The translations under genes were made by a program, and so were the position numbers. A stretch of DNA of 64,000 bases from Octopus vulgaris (taxonomy: Eukaryota), in NCBI GenBank assembly GCA_951406725.2, contig OX597819.1, positions 112,096,001 through 112,160,000 of the forward strand, read 5' to 3'. The notes beneath the pieces were generated by a model. It saw nothing but the letters and a program-made list of their open reading frames with translations. It ran no database searches and was not told the origin of the DNA. Below, in pieces: positions 57,568 to 64,000 of the stretch (the stretch's first letter is position 1; each line of letters begins with the position of its first letter).

Positions 57568-57752
57568 TGTAAAACTGGTAATAGGTCCATGGTAAATGTG
57601 AAATGTAGACCCGTGTAAAACTGGTAAACAGGCTCAGGGTAAATGTGAAAAGTAGGCCTGTGTAAAACTAGTACTAGGCCTTAGTTAAATGTGAAGTGTA
57701 GCCCCTTATCAACTGGCTAAAGGCCCAGGCCAAATGTGAAGTGTAGGCCTCA
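57568..57752. repeat. 46-47-bp minisatellite, ~4 diverged copies
   Basis: TGTAAAACTGGTA..AGG..AAATGTGAA..GTAG units at 57568, 57614, 57661 and ~57707. Confidence 0.8.
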
Positions 57753-57828
57753 TAACAAACTACTCTCATCAAGTACTTTAATAATCAATGCTGAGTTACA
57801 GGTACATACACACACATGGTGTTAGAAC

Positions 57829-57884
<56 letters not shown>

Positions 57885-60139
57885 CATATAGATAGACAGG
57901 TAGATAAGAAAAGCACAATTCTTTATCAAAAGGACATCTACCTTTGCCTTTAATAGTAAGTGGGGTAGCTCCCTACAAATTGCAGGTCTGTACCAACTGG
58001 CCCACTTGCCTCCTGCCTCATCTTGACTAGTTGTTTGGGATGTGGAAGCTTTGAAGAGTAAAGATCAAGTACCTTTCGGCACAAAAAGAAGAAACTTGAT
58101 CTTTTGCTTGTTAAAAGTCAAGGATGCTAACATTATAATATTCTGAAGAGGGGAGAGTATAAAATACAGCACCAAAAGGAAAAATTGATTTCTTTTGATT
58201 CTTTTTTTCTAGTGTGGGTTATAGGACACCAAGTTCTTTTGTAGTGGAGAAGTGTTTTGTGGATAATCTAATAATAGTCTACTTGACAAATTCTCAGTCT
58301 ATTATTAAGGTAAGAGTTCCAACTTAGCTCATAGTAAAGGACCCCAAGGTAAGTAGTAAGAAGATTTGATCTGAAAGATAAACAAGTGGGATAGGAAAAG
58401 CAAAGGGAATAGTTAGTAATTCTTGACCATTCTGGCAATTGTGACACCAAAGTACAATTACAATTGAAAAGGTGACAATAAGGGGGTTATTTACCTGTAC
58501 AAAGAGCAACATCTATAAGAAGGGTAAGAATGAGTGTATGTATGTGTATGTGTGAATGCATATGCATATTTGTAGGTTGTGTGTGAGTGTATGTATGAGA
58601 AGCGTGATCGTGTTGGTGGTAATAGTGTGTATATGTAAGAGTGTGCATATTTGCATATAGTGAAGGCATATAGCTTAGTGGTTAGGGTGTTCAACTCATG
58701 AGCATAAGGTCATAAGTTCAATTCCTGGTAGCACATTCTGCCCTTGAGCAAGACATTTTATTTCATATTGCTCCAGTCCACTCAGCTGGCAATTATGAGT
58801 AGTACCAGTATTTCAAAGGGCCAGCCTTCTCACATTCTGTGTTATGCTGAATCTGAGAACTACGTTAAGGGTACGTGTGTCTGTGGAGTGTTCAGCCACT
58901 TGCATGTTAATTTCACAAGCAAGTTGTTCTGTTAATCAGATCGACAGGAACCCTTGAAATCGTATCTGATGGAGTGCCACAGATGTATATGAGAGTATAT
59001 ATGCTTTGTGTATATGAGAGTTTGTGAGAAATATCTGAGTATGTGCTGGTTCAAGAAGTTTTGTTGTAGTGATGGTGCATGTGTGTGAGAATGTCAGTGA
59101 GAAAAATTTCACTTTGCAACCACAAGATTCAGGGCTCAATCCCACAGTGTGACACCTTGGGGGAGGTAACTTCTACCACAGCCTAGGCTTGACCAATATT
59201 TCAGGAGCAGATGGAAAGTGTGAGGAAGCCTATCAGATAATGTCATCATCATCATTTTACATCTATTTTCTATGCAGGCATGAGTTAAGTAAACCATCAT
59301 AGACTGAACTGTTCTTAGACATACCAGAGGACTGCCACTTATGCATACGTTCCATTTTTGGCAACAGTTGGATATCTAACACAGACCTATTTCTTTATTA
59401 CCCACAAGGTGCTAAACATAAAGGGGACAAACAAGGACAGACATAGGTATTAAGTCGATTACATCAACCCAGTGCATAACTGGTACTTAATTTATCGACC
59501 CCGAAAGGATGAAAGGCAAAGTCGACGTCGGCGGAATTTGAACTCACAACGTAACGACAGATGAAATACCGCTAGGCATTCCACCTGGCGTGCTAATGTT
59601 TCTGTCAGACCATTTTACACATTATCTAACACAGACCATTTTACACATTATAGTTGGTGGGGATCTTACATAAGTACAAACGCTACAATGTAAGTATGTC
59701 ATTCATCCACTCATTTAACATCCATTTTCCCATGCTGACATCAGTTGGATGAGGACTTGTGAGAGGTAGAATCTTATGACTGGATGTTCTTCTTGTCACC
59801 AACATTTATGTCTTTCAAGTACAGGACATATTTTTCTATTCTCTGGGTCTTTGAAAGGGCACAGTAACTGGTTGTAATATAAACAAGCAATGTGAACATT
59901 ATATCACAGTTTTGCTCAGGTGGTGACAAGCAAAGTTGTGCTGTCTCAAAATTTGCCTGCATACATGCAGACACACTCATACATATACATATGCATACAT
60001 GATAGTTTCCATCTAATAAGATATTGGTCAAGTGAAGCTACAATAGAAGACACCCAAGGTATATTGCAGTAGATTAAACCTGAAACCATGTGGTTGTAAA
60101 GTGAACTCCATATTCACACAACCATATATATACATATAC

Positions 60140-60179
<40 letters not shown>

Positions 60180-61909
60180 TCATCATCATCGTTTAACGTC
60201 CGTTTTCCATGCTGGCATGGGTTGGACGAATCACCTGGGGTCTGGGAAGCCAGAAGGCTGCACCAGGCCCAGTCTGATCTGGCAGTGTTTCTACAGCTGG
60301 ATGCCCTTCCTAATGCCAACCACTCCATGAGTGTAGTGGGTGCTTTTTACGTGCCACCTGCACAGGTGCCACACGAGGCTGGCAAACGGCCACGGATGCT
60401 GTGTAAAGCATGACTGCAGTTATTGGCTACCTCATGTCAATATCAGTAGGTACATACACACACACAGACATACATACATGAAGCCACAAAAACAGTGAAA
60501 CCAATAATTTCCAATGAAATTTCTTTCTCCACTTTGAAAACATAAAGAGAGAGGAAATGTGTCAAGTCCAACATGAAACAGTGTTTCCTAGCATTAAATA
60601 ACAATAGCATTCTTCCCTTTTATGGGACTGTCACATTTAGATAATCTTAATACTCTAAGTTTTGCCGTAAAATAAATAAAAAATTAGCAGGATGGCTAGG
60701 CCTGGAATATAGATCTGATTGATAAGAAACAATATAGGGCAAAACAATAACAACAATTAAGAAAAACTGGAGTAGGGAATGAGTATGTATGTATTCAATA
60801 ATTAATTAATTAATACAGGGCATTGTTTAATTGATCAGTACACACACACACACACCAATGAACAAAATAGAGATTAACTGCACTATACTTTAAAAAAATA
60901 ATCAGAAAATAGGTAAAAAAATGTAACATTACTACTTTCTAGTATTGATGAGGATGATGATGATGGTTGTGGTGGTTATGATGATGATAATGATGATGGT
61001 GTGGTGTTGGTAAAGAAGATGATGATGGTGGTGGTGATGGTAGGAGTGGTTGTGCTGGTTACAATGAGGTTGATGATTATGGTGGTGGTGGTGGCGATGG
61101 TTATGATGATGAGGGTGATGGCGAAGGTAGTGGTGGTGATTACATAGTTGAGATCCAGTCACACAAGTGTAAGCTGAACTGCCAACATGAATGACTTCAT
61201 CACTGCCAACAACAACACACACACACACACACACGCACACAACACACACACACACACACATGCACACACACACGCACACGCGCACACATGCACATGCACA
61301 CACACACACACTCATTCACTTCAACTTTTTCCTATCATCTGGTATTCTGAAATTTCATTGGTCAACCATCAAAAGGATTTGATCAAGGTGTTTTCCAGCA
61401 ACTCCTAGCAGCAATGTCAGACTGCATCTTTTGAAGCTGAGTAATGACTCAGACAGACGGGAGCGGAGGAAGGACAATCGCAACAGTGACAAGAAATTTA
61501 CTTATTGAGTTTTCTAGCTACTGTTGTTGTTGTTGTAATTGTTTTACACTACACGTCTCACGAACACACTCTAAATTACACACACACAAACACACTTATA
61601 GATAAATGTGTGTGTGCGTGTGTGAGTCACTTTATTTGTTCCGTCCATTAGTCAGGGTGAACCCCCCCCCACTCTCCCATTTTCAGCAATCCAGAGGTAC
61701 TAACAGGTAGACCATCAACATTAGCGTGACAACCATCAAAGCAAGCATGTCTGTATATGTATAAGCATTATCATTCATCGTCATTTTACATCCGGCTTCC
61801 CATGCTGGAGAACTGATTCCCAACTATATAAATACATATATTCTTTTATTCCTTTAGTTGTTTCAGTCATTTGACTGCAGCCATGCTGGAGCACTGCCTT
61901 TAATATATA

Positions 61910-62305
61910 CTAGCAGTATTGCCCGGCGTTGCTCGGGTTTGTTTTCTTTTCGACCCTTTAGAATTGGAATTTTTGAAAAGTAAAAATTTGGCATTATGTA
62001 GCTTGTTATTCTCTTTAAGTGAACATTTTTCTGGTTGAAATACACCAAAAAATGGCGACACAGCAGTAAAAAAATTGTCAAAAATAGGGATTTTCATAGA
62101 AAAAATGCACCTTTTTGATGTAAATAATTTTCGGTTTTAATATGGTCCGATTTGAACTGTATCATCTACGGAATGAAGAGCAAGCCTTCTTCTATCATAC
62201 TCTCAATTTTGGTCAACTTGCATCGCAGGGTCTCAGAGGAGATAGAGTTAGTTGAAAACTACCAAACATGCCACACACAGACAACTTCAGCTTTATATAT
62301 ATAGA
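61910..62305 (-). mobile_element. Non-autonomous Helitron
   Basis: Minus strand begins A|TCTATATATATAAAG and ends with hairpin CCCGAGCAACGCCGGG then CAATACTGCTAG|T; inserted between A and T with no TSD. Confidence 0.85.
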
Positions 62306-62859
62306 TGTATATCTATACACATGAATACACACCCATACAGTCACTCATACATATGCATACAAACAGACACAAATACACACATATTCATATACTGACAAGA
62401 CAATATTATGTGTATATCTCATCATTGTTTAACATCCACCTTCCATGCTGACACGGGTTGGATTATATATATGTATATATTATATGTGGCTGCGTGGTAA
62501 GAAGCTTGCTTCCCAACCAGATGGTTCACAGTTCAGTGCCACTGTGTGGCACCTTGGACAAGTATCTTCTACTATAGCCTTGAGCCAACCAAAGCCTTGT
62601 GAGTGGATTTGGTAGACAGGAACTGAAAGAAGCCTGTCATGTGTGTGTGTGTTTGTCCCACTTGACATTCGATGTTGGCGTGTTCACATCCCCGTAACTT
62701 AGTAGTTCAGCAAAAGAGACTGATAAAATAAGTACTAGGCTTACAAAGAATAAGTCTTGGGATCGATTTGTTCAACTGAAGGCAGTGCTCCAGCATGACT
62801 GCAGTCAAATGACTGAAACAAGTAAAAGAAAAGAATAAAAGTATACACACACAGATATG

Positions 62860-62913
<54 letters not shown>

Positions 62914-64000
62914 CATGCATGGCTGTATGGTAAGAAGTTTGATTTTCAACCACATGGTTCTGGGTTCAGTCCAACAACATGAGCTCCTTGTGCAAAATGA
63001 CTTCTATTATTATCCTAGGGCAATCAAAGTCTTATGGGCTTGGTGAACAGAAACTGAAAGAAACCTGTTGTGTGGATGTGTGTGTGTGTGTGTGTGTGAG
63101 TGAGTGTGTGTGAGTGTGAGTGAGTGTGTCAGTGTGGTGTGTATGTTTGTCTTTGTGCTTACGTTTGTCTGCCATTACCAGTATTGGTTTGTTTATGTCT
63201 CCATGGCTTATTGGTTTGACAAAAAAAGACTGGTAGAATAAGTACAAGCACTAAAACACATGCAAGTACCGGGGTCAATTTATTTGACTAAACTAGTCAA
63301 GACAGTGCCCCGGCATGGCCACAGTCCAATGACTGAAAGACTAAAAAAGAGAAAAAAGAAAAATTTATACAAAGACACCTCAAAAGTAAATAGATAACAT
63401 TTTTGAAATATTTATTTCTAGAACGAAATAAAGTTATTTGATGCATTTAAATACTTAATCATAGATGGAAATTGTACAGAGTACAGAAGACCCAAAATGT
63501 GTGTGTTTGTGTCCATGCTTACTTGTGTAAGCTGGTGTAAAAAGAAATAATAACTTTTGACATCAAAAGGATTCAATGGAATAAATGCCAAAATGAAATA
63601 AGTATAAAAACCCCTTGAGCATGGTATCCCAGCATGTCCACAGTCCTGTGATAGAAAACAACAAGAGGGTAGAGGTGGCAGCTAGATAGATAAATAGAGA
63701 GAGAGAGAGAGAGGGGGGAGAGAGAGAGACTGAGAGATCTCATGAAATATAAATGAAGCTGTGGAATAGCAATATTTTTGCCCACACATACTGGACTTCT
63801 TCTTGTGCCTATAATCGCTCTTTCCTAGCATGAGATCTTAACCCTTTAGCATTTAAACCAGCCATATCCGGCCAAAAGTATTCGGCCTGTTTTATGTTCA
63901 AAGTGGCCAGATCTGGTCTCTCACACCAACCCTACAATATCGTTTTAAAAATGAACAGCTACCTCATCAAAATCTCATAGCTACAAGATAATGCATGATT

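Noticed and set aside
60932-61315. His-rich 127-aa ORF on the TTBK strand, as a possible extra exon
   Set aside because: Built from (GT)n and degenerate (CAT/CAC)n repeats; no convincing splice pair, and an in-frame stop precedes the TTBK ATG in the downstream exon.

Overview
AT-rich, microsatellite- and transposon-dense animal genomic DNA. The SINE families and repeat landscape look like Octopus (coleoid cephalopod); this is an inference from recognition, not a database result. The one supportable protein-coding gene is a minus-strand tau-tubulin kinase (TTBK/Asator, CK1 superfamily) with five coding exons (49883-49596, 47194-47047, 28684-28470, 4676-4506, 3258-2879). They have canonical GT-AG ends and compatible phases, joining into about 400 codons that cover the whole kinase domain; the gene continues past the last exon seen. 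The introns hold tRNA-derived SINEs, RTE, R4/Dong-like and CR1/Jockey-like LINE remnants, a Ty3/Gypsy remnant, nested Tc1/mariner elements, piggyBac MITEs, a Helitron and several long palindromes. Best leads: (1) a possible translational/splicing switch in the first coding exon, made of an overlapping uORF whose TGA overlaps the conserved internal ATG, an optional His/Gln-rich N-terminus and a second candidate acceptor that would remove the uATG; (2) head-to-head palindromic elements carrying Penelope-type hammerhead ribozyme motifs, one fused to a tRNA-like Pol III head; (3) inverted SINE pairs that would form intronic dsRNA (ADAR editing or back-splicing candidates). Repeat boundaries were read by eye and are approximate unless a TSD or TIR is quoted.
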